Source of the DNA: an uncultured Planctomycetaceae bacterium
GTDB taxonomy: Bacteria; Planctomycetota; Planctomycetia; Isosphaerales; Isosphaeraceae
Length of the DNA: 64,000 bases
Reading direction: 5' to 3'
Assembly (NCBI GenBank): GCA_963833985.1
Contig: CAWIAD010000002.1
Span: 6,240,001-6,304,000 of the forward strand
The first letter of the stretch is position 1. Each line of letters starts with the position of its first letter. The position numbers were made by a program, and so were the translations under genes. Positions 39,442 through 51,424 of the stretch are shown piece by piece. The notes beneath the pieces are model-generated. The model saw nothing but the letters and a program-made list of their open reading frames with translations, searched no databases and had not been told where the DNA came from.

Positions 39442-40683
39442 ATGATGGCCCAGGCATGTTCCATGGCGGTTGGTCATCTCGACGCTGACTGTTTTTACGT
39501 GTCGGCGGAGCGGGTGCGCGACGGATTCTTGCGGGGCAAGCCGGTGGGGGTGCTGGGGAACCAGGGGGCATGCGTTATTGCCAAGAGCTACGAGATGAAG
39601 GCGGCCGGGGTGAAGACGGGCGAGCCAATCTGGGAGGCGCTGGCGAAATGTCCCGAGGGGATTTACGTCAAGCGCGATTTCCGGTGGTACGAGGTCCTGA
39701 GCCGGCGGATGCTGGACGTGGTGCGCGAGCTGTCGCCACGGGTCGAGTATTACTCGATCGACGAGTTCTTCTTCCAGGCGGCGCCGGGGCCGGGCCAGAC
39801 GCTCCAGGCGCTGGCGCTGGCGATCCGCGATCGGATCTGGGAGCGGATTCGCGTGCCGGTGACGGTGGGCATCGCCCGCACGCGGACCCTGGCCAAGCTG
39901 ATCTCGGACGCGGCCAAGCCGTTCGGAGCCCTGGCGGTGACCGCACGGCCGGCCGAGGAAACGCTCCTGGCCGGCCGGCCGGTGACCGAGATCACCGGCA
40001 TCGCGGGCCGGCGCGCCGCCCGGCTGGCTCCCTGGGGCATCACCACCTGCCTGGACCTGGCGCGCGCCGACCGGCGGCAGGTCCGCTCGCTCTTGACCGC
40101 GACGGGCGAGGCGCTCTGGTGGAGGCTCAACGGCGATCCGGTGCAGCCCATCCACATCCGCCGGCCCGCGCACAAGGTGCTCTCACGCGGGGGCAGCTTC
40201 GGCGAGGCGACCGCCCGGCCGGTGGTCCTCTACGCCTGGCTGGTCCGCAACCTCGAGCGGCTCATCGAGGAGCTACGGTTCCACGGCGTGGCCACCGGCA
40301 AGCTGACCGTGGCGCTACAGTACAAGACGGGCCATACCGGCGTGGGCCAGCGGGCGCTGCCGGTTCCCAGCGACCGGTTCGACCTCTTGCTCGAGGCGGC
40401 CCGCCCGTCGCTGCGCAAGGCGTGGCTGCCCGGCGTCCAGGCCAGCCATATGCACCTCATCGCCGAGGACCTTTCCCCGCGCGGACAGCACGCGCTGGAC
40501 CTTTTCGACCCGCCCCGACAGCGGGCCCGGGCCGAGGCCGTGGCCCAGCTCAAGGAGCAAATCAACGACCGCCATGGCCGGTTCGCCCTCCGCAGCGCCG
40601 CCACGCTTCACCTGCCCGCCATCTATCGAGATGTGGCCAATGCGTATGATATTTGTGATATTCGTGGGAAGATATGTTTTTAG
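39442..40683 (+). CDS. Y-family DNA polymerase (DinB/UmuC-like)
   Basis: HLDADCFYVSAE, VIAKSYE, YSIDEFF, LAKLISD.AKP.G, GIAGR; clamp-like QHALDLF. Start 39442 or 39463. Confidence 0.95.
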   Translation: MMAQACSMAVGHLDADCFYVSAERVRDGFLRGKPVGVLGNQGACVIAKSYEMKAAGVKTGEPIWEALAKCPEGIYVKRDFRWYEVLSRRMLDVVRELSPRVEYYSIDEFFFQAAPGPGQTLQALALAIRDRIWERIRVPVTVGIARTRTLAKLISDAAKPFGALAVTARPAEETLLAGRPVTEITGIAGRRAARLAPWGITTCLDLARADRRQVRSLLTATGEALWWRLNGDPVQPIHIRRPAHKVLSRGGSFGEATARPVVLYAWLVRNLERLIEELRFHGVATGKLTVALQYKTGHTGVGQRALPVPSDRFDLLLEAARPSLRKAWLPGVQASHMHLIAEDLSPRGQHALDLFDPPRQRARAEAVAQLKEQINDRHGRFALRSAATLHLPAIYRDVANAYDICDIRGKICF

Positions 40684-40705
40684 TGGGAAGTACTGCCTAC
40701 TACCC

Positions 40706-41173
40706 ATGTGCGCCGGAATTGCCCTGGCACGGAGCGAGCTGCCCACGGAGCTGATTGCACGGCACGGGCTTGATCGCCGCACCCATGAGCGTGGAGGCGA
40801 GCGCGAGGTCCGGTTCTTCTATCGCGACCGCCGGCCCCGGCTGCCGATCTGGCGCGACGGCCGGCTCCAGGTGGTGCGCTGGGGCAATGCACAAGGTCAG
40901 AGCCGGTTCCTGCCCGCCACCGGCTGGACCTGGCAGTCGACCATCGAGGAGGGATACTGGCGCAACCTGGAGGCCGTGTTCGTGGACATCCCCGCCTCGC
41001 TCGGCTTCGAGAGCGGAGTCTGGTTCCGCATTCGCCAGGGAATCCGCGGCCTGCTCGTGGCCGATGAAGAAGGCGCGGCCATCGTGTACATGATCTGCGA
41101 GCCGGCCAGCCACTATTACCAGATCATGACCCGCTCCACCCGCATGCCCGTCCTGATCGAGGAGCGGATCTGA
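40706..41173 (+). CDS. Minimal SRAP/HMCES/YedK-like protein (Cys2)
   Basis: Starts MCAG; VRWG, IPASLGFES, RMPVLI; 155 aa; 22 bp after the polymerase stop. Confidence 0.7.
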   Translation: MCAGIALARSELPTELIARHGLDRRTHERGGEREVRFFYRDRRPRLPIWRDGRLQVVRWGNAQGQSRFLPATGWTWQSTIEEGYWRNLEAVFVDIPASLGFESGVWFRIRQGIRGLLVADEEGAAIVYMICEPASHYYQIMTRSTRMPVLIEERI

Positions 41174-41221
41174 GACCGAGCAAGATCGCGCGGGGTCTCC
41201 GCCACGAAACGCCCTCCGGTT

Positions 41222-42067
41222 ATGATGAGAGACGCTGTCGCAGACAGGTCATGTGATCCGGAGCCGGCCATGAGCATGCCCCATGATGCAGCGGAGTCGC
41301 CCGCGGAGGAGCCCGCTCCAGCGGCGGGACAGCCCACGATGTCCCGGGGCGCCGTGGCCGAGGCAGGGACCGAAATCCCGGTCACCGTCGCGGTCGCCGC
41401 CCGGCCTGGCCGCGAGGGGACCGTCACGGCGCGCAAGGCGGGCGGCCTGCGCGACATGGGGCTGGAAGTTGACCCGCGCAAGGTGGGCGTGCACGCGGCC
41501 CTCCAGCACCTGGCCAAGGCCGTGAACATCGCGTTCCAGACGGACTATGGCGAGAACTACCTGGAATCGGTGTACCAGGCCGCGCTCCTCAGGCGCGGGG
41601 AGGTGACCATCGTGCACAGGGAGTATTTCGGCTTTGGCGACACCTGGTTCGGCCAGTTTGGCCGCCTGGTCCGCTCGCTGGAGCTGACGCTCCAGGGACC
41701 CGACCCCGCGTCGCCCGATGGACAGCGGCAGATCGCCGAGAAGGGCCCCCGCTCGATCCGCGGCATCCTCAACCTGATCGGCCGCAAGCTCGATATCATC
41801 ACGGAGTATGAAGACCGCGTGCCGGCCTACGTCGAACAGATGTTCGATCGGTTGGAGGCGTCGGGGATCATCGTCGGTTGGAACCGCGACGACTGGGAGA
41901 TCTGGACCACGAACATCGGCCTGGATATCCGGATCGCCGCGCGGTCGCCGGCAACCCAGGCGGCCGGTGCGAGCCGGGAGGAGAGCCGCGCGGGGGATCC
42001 CGGAGCCGCGGGTGATGTGCCAGCAGCGCCGGGCACGCCCGCGATCAGCGACCCTCAATCGCCTTGA
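41222..42067 (+). CDS. Hypothetical protein
   Basis: 281-aa ORF with a globular-looking core and disordered ends. Start uncertain. Confidence 0.7.
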   Translation: MMRDAVADRSCDPEPAMSMPHDAAESPAEEPAPAAGQPTMSRGAVAEAGTEIPVTVAVAARPGREGTVTARKAGGLRDMGLEVDPRKVGVHAALQHLAKAVNIAFQTDYGENYLESVYQAALLRRGEVTIVHREYFGFGDTWFGQFGRLVRSLELTLQGPDPASPDGQRQIAEKGPRSIRGILNLIGRKLDIITEYEDRVPAYVEQMFDRLEASGIIVGWNRDDWEIWTTNIGLDIRIAARSPATQAAGASREESRAGDPGAAGDVPAAPGTPAISDPQSP

Positions 42068-43174
42068 TGCGTTCCGCGGCGGTCCTGGCCGCGGGGGTCG
42101 CGGGATGGTCCTTGAGGATCTGCATGTAGGAATTCAGGGCCAGCGCGGTCTTCCCGCTCTTTTCCAGGTTCTGCGCCAGACGCAGAGCGGTCGCGGCCCG
42201 GGCGGCTGCCCTGTCGGCAGGCGAGCCTTTCGCTTTGGTGGCAGCCGCGCGTGGATTGTCCGCGCCTCGCCGGCGGTCCCCGCGAGCCTGGGCGGCCGGC
42301 GCCGCGGCGTTGCCGGTGCCGGCTCCGGCCGCGGCGGGCTGCGGTTCCGACTCGTCCGCGTCGCCGGCGAAGGCGTCTTCGTAGCGGCTGACGCGTGAGG
42401 CCTTCGGCGCGGCAGGCTTCGATGCGGCCGTGGCGAGCCTCTGGGCCAGCTTCTGAAGGTACTTCTCGGGATTGTCGTTGAACTCGTCGCGGCAGCCGGT
42501 GCAGCAGATGGGGTAGCTCTTCCCCTGGTAAGAGACCGAGAGCGTGGCGGCGCCACCGGTCACGATGCAGCGCGGCTGATCGACGGCCGAGGACCCGGCC
42601 GCGAACGACTCGCCCTCCTTCGTGAGGCCAACCTCGATGAGCGGCTGGAAGACCGCGGCGCCGGCGTCCTTGCGGTCGGCGATGAGCGTGTAGCGAACGT
42701 AGTTGCTGTTGTGCGCAGGGTCAGGCGATGGGTCGCTCCCTTCTCGGTCCGCTCCAGGATGAGCAGCTTTCCTGAGGGGTTGAGCGTGCCGGTGAAGTGC
42801 AAGGCCCTGGGATGGTCTCCCGGCTCCCTGGCATCGAAGATGTAGCCTTTGCGGGCCGGTTCGTAGCGCAGGGTCCCCTCGGAGAAGACCTTTCCTCCCT
42901 GGACAGACAGGCTCAGTCCGACCGGTTTGCCCTGGCTGAAGACCCACGCCCAGGTGTGCGTTTCGGTCCAGCCGCGGAACCGCTGGGACGGGTTGTCGCG
43001 CGGTACGCCCTGCCCCTTCCAGCGGCCGATGAGGAATTCGAAGGGAGCGAGCGCGGCCGGCAGTTCGCGCTCCTGGGCTCGGGCCGCGGGTTCCGTTGCC
43101 GGCCAGACCAGTGAGATGGTGAACAGGGCAAGCACGGCCCGCGGGAACATGGCAAGCGGCGCTCGTTGCATCAT
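42045..43174 (-). CDS. Secreted YHS/TRASH-domain protein (apparent frameshift near 42710-42720)
   Basis: ALAPFEFLIGRWKGQG in one frame; CIVTGG..SYQGKSYPICCTGCRDEF..NPEKY in the other. Confidence 0.8.
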
Positions 43175-43190
43175 TCCAACCTTTCCCGTC

Positions 43191-45222
43191 TTATCGCGGC
43201 GCGGTGCCCGCAGTCGACCGAGGCGCGGTGGCCTTCCCCACGCCCAGGAGGGTGCCGAGCGTTCGCAGCGCGGCGCGGGCGGACCCCGGCAGCTCCGGCC
43301 GCGGTTCCGTCACCCGCGAGAAGGTCGTCCCCACGGGTAGGTCCACATCAATGTACCCAATCATCATCTCGTCGAAGGTCTGGTCGCCCCAGTGGACGAT
43401 CTTGCCGGGATCCGGGTTGTAGGGGTTCCCGTCGCTGTTATCGTAGTGCGCCAGGCAATCGATGCGGGTTCCTGGCGGTAGGGACAGCGGCGCGGAGAGG
43501 ATGTAGTAGCTTTGCCAGCCGAAGTCGTAGGCGGGGACCGAAAGCACCACCTCGGCGGCTTGCCCGGGACGGCTGATGGAGTAACGGAAATCCTTACCAC
43601 GCAAATGCATGTGCGGCATGAAGCTAAGCAGCCGGGTCTCCTGGGCCAAGGTCAGCGAGGAGGCCACCGGCACGTTGTCCTGGTGCGCCGGGATGACAAA
43701 CTTGTCCTCGGCGATGCCGACCGTCAGGGCCTGCCGGGTCACCGGCGCCGGGCGAAGATCAGGCCGACGCGGGACCGGTCGGTATGGAGGCGGCCCACCG
43801 GCGTGTAGTGGATTTCAAACACGAAATCGGACCCTGCGGGAACCCGCTTGGCCGTGCCCTCGGGGTAGACCGACGGCATGTCGCCGGGAGCGTAGCCGCA
43901 GAGATGGGCCAGCGGCTGCCGGCGCTTCCTGTCGTTCTTGTGGTCGTCCACGTAAACAATGATATGATGCACAACCGAGCGGTCGCCCGGCTGTGCCTCT
44001 CCGGCCTGGACCCAGCGGTCCTCGCTGAAATGGGAGGGGACGCGGAAACGGACGTACTCGACCACGCCCTGGGCGGGGACGGTGTAGGTTTCAGGGATCT
44101 CCAGGACGAGGTCGGGCTTGCCGATCGTCCAGCCTTCGGGAAACGACCGGGGTGGTGGAAGCTTGCACCGGATCGCCCAGCCGGCATCCCTGGTCAACCC
44201 AGGCCAGCAGCGTGGCGCGCTCCCGGGCGCTCAGGCTGCGGTCGTTGGCGAACTTCCCGTGCCGCGGGTCGGCATGCCAGGGAGGCATGCGGCGGTTGTC
44301 GACCACTTCTCGGATCATGGCGGCGTGCTTGCGGGCATCATCGTAGCCTGCCAGCGGGAACGGTCCGACCTGTCCCGGCCGATGGCACGACTGGCATTTG
44401 TTCTGGATGATGGCCGCGGTCGCCGGGGCGAAAGCGACCTCGCCGGCATCGGTGCGAGCGACTGGCTCGGCTTCCGCGTAGGCCGCGATCACCGCGGGGG
44501 GCGCGGGGCGAACTCGAGGCTGGGAAGACGCCGGCTTCGCGTCCGGCTGCACCCGGTCGAGCAGACAGCCGGAGACGGCAGTGGCCGGCGTGGCGACCGG
44601 CCGCCCGGCGAGGATGGCATCGAGGGCGTCCCGGAGATAGTCATGCTGAGGCGTCTCCTTGCGGGGCCCTTGCGCCGTACTGGTCGTCGATCGCGCCTCG
44701 GTAGCAGACCCGGGCCCTGCCGTCGAGCACGATTGTTTCGGGCGTGCGCTCGGCGAGCGCCAGGTCCGCGACGACGTTCCCCGGATCACGCAGAACGGGG
44801 AAATCGATTCCGTACTGGCGGGCCGTGCCGGCAATCTCGGCCTCCGACTCATGCGCGTTGGAGAAGATGCCCAGAAACGCCACGCCCCGTGCACGGTACT
44901 GGTGCGCGAGCTCCACCAGCCGAGGCGCGTACAGCCTGGCCAGCGGGCACTCGGTTCCCAGGAAGACCAGCACGGCGGCTTTCTTGCCTGCAAAGCCGTA
45001 AAGCGCGTACGGCCGTTTCGTGACGGCGTCCTCGAGCGTGAAATTGCCCAGACGCTGACCGACCTGGCGGTTCGCGGGCAAGGCGGCCGGTTGCGGCGCA
45101 TCACTTCCCGTGGCCGGAGCGGGGGCCAGCGACACCAGCGCCAGCAAGGCGGCTGAGAGGCCCGTCAAAACAAGACGAAAGTTCTTGCCGGGGTGGAACA
45201 TGGATCGTCGTTCTCGGCTCAT
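43191..45222 (-). CDS. Redoxin, cytochrome c and copper-monooxygenase-like multidomain protein (about 3 apparent frameshifts)
   Basis: FLGTECPLA, YRGAIDDQY, GC, CQSCHRPG, MPPWHAD, VVHHII, PHMHLRGK, YDFGWQ, WGDQTFDEMMIG, spread over four ORFs. Confidence 0.88.
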
Positions 45223-45388
45223 GCGGGATCCCCGTGTGCGGTGGCTCGGATCGGCGTTGCGGTCGTGGCTGGGCGGCGAGCCGCCAAGCACGGACCCAGA
45301 CGCGGATCGAAGCATGCGGTTCGGAGCGATCGGATCAACTCTGTCAAGAAGCACCCCGGAAAGCAACTCCAGGTTTCAAGAGGCTTCC

Positions 45389-46996
45389 GTGATCCCGGGG
45401 GGCAACGGGGCGCTGACCGCGACGGCGGCCTTCGTGGTGTTCGGATGTCTATTGCGCATCATCCGTTACGCGCAGAACCTGCCGCTCTGGTCGGACGAGT
45501 GCTTCCTGGCGGTCAACTTCATCCGCCGGGGCTATCGGGAACTGCTGCGGCCGCTGGACAACGGGCAGATTGCGCCGCCGCTCTATCTCTGGGCCGAGCG
45601 CCTGGTCCTGGACGCGGCCGGGTTCTCGGAGTGGTCCCTCCGCTTCTTTCCACTGCTTTGTGGACTGGCATGCGTGCTCCTCTTCTGGCGGCTGCGCGCC
45701 GCGCCCTGGAGCCGGACGCGCGTGCGGTGCTGCTGGCCGTGGCCATCTTCGCGGTGAGCGTGCATCCGATTCGCCACGCCTCGGATGCGAAGCCCTACGC
45801 CTCGGACCTGCTGGCGGCCCTGCTGATGCTCTTGCCGGCTCTCGAGTATTTGCGCAACCCGTTACAAAACAGGTGGTTGTGGACGCTGGCGGCGGTGGTT
45901 CCGGTGTGCCTTGCGGTTTCCAATCCCGCGGTCTTCGTGGCCGGGGGCGTGCTGCTGGGGCTGGCCGGTCCCGTCTGGAAACAGGGCAGCCGGAAATCGC
46001 TGGCGGCCTGGTTCAGCTTTGGCGCCGTGCTGCTTGGCTCGTTTCTCTTCGTCTACGTGACCGTCACTCGTGGCCAGAGCGCCACGGCCATGGCAGGCCT
46101 GAGGCGCTACTGGGCGGATTCCTTCCCTCCGGTTCACGATGCCGGCCGGCTGGCGCGCTGGCTCTTCCTGGCGCATACGGGAAGCGCCTTCGCCTATCCC
46201 GGCGGCGGGGCCCGAGGCGCCAGCACCGCGACGTTCGCCGCGTTCGTGGTTGGCGTCCTGGTATTCGTCCGCCGCGGCCGGCGCAATGGCGGCTTGCCTG
46301 CTGGCTCCCTTCGGCCTGGCGCTCGGAGCGGCTGCGCTGCATCGCTACCCTTATGGAATGGAAGCGCGGCTCATGCAGTTCGCCGCGCCCAGCATCTGCC
46401 TGCTCGGCGGCCAGGGCTTTGCGAGCATCCTGGAACGTGTGCGCATCCCCAGAATCCGGCGGCGTTTCTGGCAAGTGGCGATAGGGGGCCTGGTGGCGTG
46501 CGGAGTGGCCCCCCAGGTGGTCAGTTTTCTTCACCCTTACCGCATGCTCTACGATCACCAGGCCCGTGAGTTCGCTCGTGGGTTCTGGGCGAGCCAGGCG
46601 AGGGATGCGGACGTTGTGTGCTACGAGCTGGACTTTGCGGAAGATCGCGCGGCGCCTGGGACGGCCGCAAGGCCTGGTATCTTTGTAACCAGATGATCTC
46701 TGCGCCGACCCGGCGGCTTGCCGCCGGTAACCATGCGTGGATGGTTTCTGGCGAGCGGCCCCTGCGTTGCGTGTTGTTTGACGAGCCAGCCGAACGGCCA
46801 GTGGTGCGGAACTGGCTGGACCAGATGGAAAAGAGCCTTGTCCTCGAGGATGCAAAACTTTATGACGTACCCGTGACGCTGGGCGAAGGCGTACGTACCA
46901 CCGAGGCGCTGGTACGTGTATCAGTTCGTGCCGCGCATGGTAGGCTCGGACGTGCCGATTGCCGTGCAGCCGCGAGCGCAGCGTCTGCGACGCTGA
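45389..46996 (+). CDS. GT-C fold (ArnT/PMT-like) glycosyltransferase, copy 1 (several apparent frameshifts)
   Basis: LWSDE, PLDNGQIAPP, FSEWSLR, DAKPYASD; many TM helices. Confidence 0.8.
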
Positions 46997-47033
46997 TGCA
47001 CTTCAGAAACACGATTGCGAAGGGGATCAGGGC

Positions 47034-48673
47034 ATGGAGGCCGATTCTCCGCCTGTTGGCAGGCAAGGCACGAACGGGACGGCGTGGGTCATCTGGTTCT
47101 TCGTGATCCTGGGCATCACTGTGCGCCTGGTTCGATACCTGGTGAACTATCCGATCTGGCATGACGAGGCGTTCCTGGCGGTCAATTTCTGGGACCGTGG
47201 TTACGCTGACCTGCTGCGGCCCCTCGATTACGGACAGGTGGCTCCCTGGTTCTTCCTGGTGATCGAGCGCACGGTGATGCTGGCTCTGGGTTATTCCGAG
47301 CCGGCGCTGCGGCTCTTCCCGACGATTTGCAGCATTGCCACGGTGCCCCTGTTCCGCCACATCGCGGGCCGGCTGCTGGGCGGAGTGCCACAGGTCCTGG
47401 CGGTCGCCGTGTTTGCCGTCGCGTTTTACCCGATCCGTCATGGCGCGGAGATCAAGCCGTACGCGTCGGATCTGCTGGCGGCCCTGGTGCTTCTGGCCCT
47501 GGCGATCGAAGCCAGGCGTTCGCAGCGCGCGCGCTGGTGGTGGGCGCTCTCTGCCGTGGCACCGGTTCTCATCGCACTCTCGTATCCGGCGGTGTTCGTG
47601 GCAGGGGGCGTCTCGCTGGCGCTGGGCGCTGGGCCCTGAAGTCCAGCGACCGTTCGGTGCGGCTCAGCTTTCTCATCTGGAATGTCATCCTGGTCGCCTC
47701 GTTCCTGGCGGTCTACTTCGGGTTCACGGTCTTCCAGGCCGAGGCGATGCGCGACAGCTATCGCACGGGCTGCTGGGCGGACGCGTTTCCGCCGCTGGAT
47801 CGTCCCTGGCTCGTACCGCTGTGGCTGCTCGACGTCCACACCGGCACGATGATGGCTTACCCGGCCGGGGAGAAACACGGGGGCAGTCTTCTCACCTTCC
47901 TGTGTGTGCTGGCGGGTGCGTGGGCACTGTACCGCAGCAGGCGGAGCGCGGCGCTGGCACTGATGCTGGCCCCTTTCGGGCTGGGGCTGGTCGCGGCGAT
48001 CCTGGGCCGTTACCCGTATGGCGGAGCGCCGCGGGTGATGCTCTACACGGCGCCGGCGATCTGCCTGCTGATGGGGCTGGGGATCGCGGAACTGCTGGCC
48101 CGTGTGAGCCGGCAGAGACTGAAGGGCCGGGTCCTGGCGGGCATCCTCACCGCGCTGACGCTCCTGGGAGTGGCCATGGCCACGCGCGATTTGATCCTGC
48201 CGTACCGGGTACCGGACGACGCCAGGACGCGTGATTTCGCGCGCTGGTTCTGGACCGCCCAGCCCGGCGGCGGCCCGGTGTGCCTGAAGTCCGATATGGG
48301 CCTCTCGCACGATCCCCACCTCTGGCGGGTGGGCATGTCCGCGGTTTACCTGTTTCATCAGCGGATGTTCTCTGCGCGCCATCACTCGCGGCAGCCGGCG
48401 TGCCTTGAGCCTGCGGCCTGGTCCGAGGCGGAGCCGCTCCGGCTGGTGGCCTTTGATCGGCTTCCCGACCAATCTCCGGGGTTCCGTCGGTGGTTCAAAA
48501 ACCTCGAGCGCCAGTTCCGGGTGACCCAGACACGCACGTACGTGATCCAGCCGGGCAAGCCGGGTGAGGAATGGCTGCGCGATGCCTACGTCGAGCTCGA
48601 AATGGTCCCGCGCCGCCCGGCCGCGGGCAATCCGCCGCGGGTGGCCGCCGAACCGCGTGGCCGGCGATTCTGA
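47034..48673 (+). CDS. GT-C fold glycosyltransferase, copy 2 (apparent frameshift near 47630)
   Basis: IWHDE, PLDYGQVAP, YSEPALR, EIKPYASD, YPYGG..R. Confidence 0.82.
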
Positions 48674-48748
48674 CGGGTGTTCCAGCGCCGGAGCAGAAAA
48701 CCCGGATTCTTGACGGAAGTCAGGAATTCATGAGCTTCAAGGCCGCGA

Positions 48749-51025
48749 TCAACCGCGGAGGACGCTTGGCCGTGGTCCGGGCGGTTCGGACCGTGCGGTT
48801 GAGCACTCGCCACTTGCGGGAGCCGTCGTGGAGACGCGCTGGACCGCGGCGATCAGCCGGGCCAGGTCCACAGGCTTGGTGAGATGCTCGGAGAAGCCTG
48901 CCTCGAGGCTCATCTGCACGTCCTCTGCTGATCCGTGCCCGCTCATGGCCAGCGCCGCGCACTCCGCCAGCGTGCAGGCGGCGCATCAGGTCCAGTCCCG
49001 ACCCATCAGGCAGCTCGATGTCACTGATGAGCAGGTCGAACGGCCTCAGGGCTGCCTCCCGGAGCGCCTCGGAGAATCGTGTCGCCGCCGTGACCTCATG
49101 GCCCCGCGCACGCAGTACCCGGGCGAGGTACTCGCTCGTATCCTGGTGATCCTCCACCAGGAGGACTCTGAGGCTTGCCGGTTGCGGAGACTGGGGTCCG
49201 GCCGGCAGCGTGGGCCGGCTCTGGGCGATGGGACCGGGCACGGTGTCGAGCTCGAGCACGAAAGTGCTGCCCAGTCCCGGCCCCGGGCTGCTGGCGCTCA
49301 GTCGGCCGCCATGCGCATCGGCGAGCCATCGGCCGATGGCGAGCCCCAGCCCGAGGCCACTGCGCAGTGGTGGCGAGACCGGGCCCTGCTCGAATGGCTC
49401 GAAGATCCGGGGCAGGGACTCCGGCTCGATGCCGGCACCGTTGTCGGCCACCTCGATCACCAGCCGGGGCCGGCCGTCGCTCGCGGGGTGGGGGCCGTTG
49501 CGGGTGCGGACGGTGATCGCTCCCGCCTGCGGGGTGAACCTGCTGGCATTCTTCAGCAGGTTCCAGATGATTTGCTGGAGCCGCACCGGGTCGCCCTCGA
49601 CGTGGTGCTCGGCGGCGGCCAGGTGCACCCCCAGCGCAATCCCCCGCTCGTCGATGTCGCCCCGGCAGATACGGCTCGCCTGGCGGATGGCATCGTGGAC
49701 GTCCACCGTCCGGCATTCGAGGCGCAGCAGCCCGCGGCCGATGCGGACGACGTCGAGGAGGTCGTCGATGAGGCGGGCCTCCAGCTCGATGTTGCGGCGA
49801 ATCATCTCCAGGGTCGGCCGAAACTCGGGGAACTCATCGCCGTCGAGCAGTGCGGTCACGGCCATCAGTACCGGCGTCAGCGGCGTTCGCAGTTCGTGGC
49901 TGAGCACGGCCAGGAATCGGTCCTTCGCCTGGCCGCTGGCCTCGGCCGCCGCCCGCGCCACCTGCTCCTCGATCCGGCACGCCCGCTCCCGTTCGGCCCG
50001 CTTGCGCTCGCTGATGTCGCGGATAACGACCACCCACCCGGCGGCGTCTCCGCGCCGGAGAGCCGGGCCATGCTGACCTCGTGGAAGCAGTCCGCGTCCT
50101 CCGACCCGCAGACCTCGAAGGTCCCTTCCACGAGATCTTCCAGCCGCTTCGCCAGCGCGGGCCATGCCTCGAACGCCGGGCCCGCGCAGGACCCGACGAT
50201 CGGAGCCGCGGGGTCGCGGAGCAGCGCCATGGCTGAGGGGTTCAGGTCGATGATCCGGCCCAGCCGGTCCAGGACCACGACCGCCTCGCGCATGACCTGG
50301 AAGACCGCGTCCCGTGCCACGGGAATCAGGTCCAGGATGCGATAGCGCAGCAGGCCAGGCACGATCGCCAGCCCGGTCAGGCAGAAGACGGTCGCGGTCA
50401 GATCAACCCCCGGATAGGGGCTGAACCCGGCCTGGAAAATCGCGTTGACGACCCAGGGTGCCATGGCGCCGAAGAGGATGAGCAGCACCTGCCTGCGGTA
50501 CACTCCGGTCATCCGCGGCAGCGAGAGTGTCAGCAGGGCGACCGAGAGCGCCATGAGCGCGTAGCAGTACCCGACGTTCACCCAGAACCAGGGTCCGTGT
50601 TCGCCCACGAGCCGCGTGAAGCCATCCACCCAGGCAATATACTGCCGGCTCCAGTAGAGGTGATGCCAGGGATTGGTCCAGTGCAGGAGGATGGTCGCAA
50701 TGGGAAAAATGCACGCCAGGACCAGGTTGCGGCCGGTCACCCAGTTCTCGTGCCCGATGTACCTGAGCACGAATACCAGGAGGGCCACCGGCATGCAGTT
50801 CTTACCAATGATCGACAGGTCCAGGCAGACGATCTTGGCGGGCAGGTCGGCGAACAGCAGTTCGAGCCCCACGCCCAGTGCCCAGGCCGTTTCACCCGCC
50901 ATCATGGAGGCAAAAGCAGTAGCTGTCGGCATTCGCCGTCGCTGCCAGGCGTAACAGGCCAGTCCGGCCGAGATCACAGCGGCGTTCAGGAACAAAAGCG
51001 CCGCCGGATTGCCCTGGTATCTCAT
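48749..51025 (-). CDS. Hybrid histidine kinase: HisKA_7TM sensor, PAS, kinase and receiver (apparent frameshifts near 50040 and 48960)
   Basis: WTNPWHHL, GPWFW 7TM region; LSHELRTPL, NLLKNA, DNGAGI, GLGLGL; LLVED, SDIELPDG, HLTKPV. Confidence 0.9.
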
Positions 51026-51380
51026 CAGCTGCCACCGTCTCGGGTCGGCGAGCCATCACGAATGCAGGATAGGCCTCAACCAGGCATGACATGAAATGCG
51101 GTCAGGCTCTGAGTGCCCGCACGGATGCGCCTGGGAACCCTCGCGATCACAAGGCTGTGGAGAGCAACGCCAGTTCGCGGTCTCTCGTGGAAGAGGCTGC
51201 CCTGTGGAGCGGCGTCCTGAATCCCGGTCGCCGATGGGCAAGTTGCTTCGATGCGCGTGCCATTCTTGGGCCGACCAGGTTGCCATGTCAAGCATTTCAC
51301 GCCGCTGTCCCACTTTGAGACCCTGGGCCCATGGAACGCCGGGATGCCAGGCCGGCTTGAAAAAAGACCGTCCCTCTCAA

Positions 51381-51424
51381 CGTGATGGGAACTTCATCAC
51401 TCCGTGATGGGAAGTTCATCACTC
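51381..51424. repeat. Tandem 22-bp duplication, each unit a GTGATG-N7-CATCAC palindrome
   Basis: cgtgatgggaacttcatcactc cgtgatgggaagttcatcactc, in a divergent intergenic region. Confidence 0.85.

Noticed and set aside
39243..42067. Prophage or integrative element around the polymerase cassette
   Set aside because: No integrase, tRNA target or flanking direct repeats seen.
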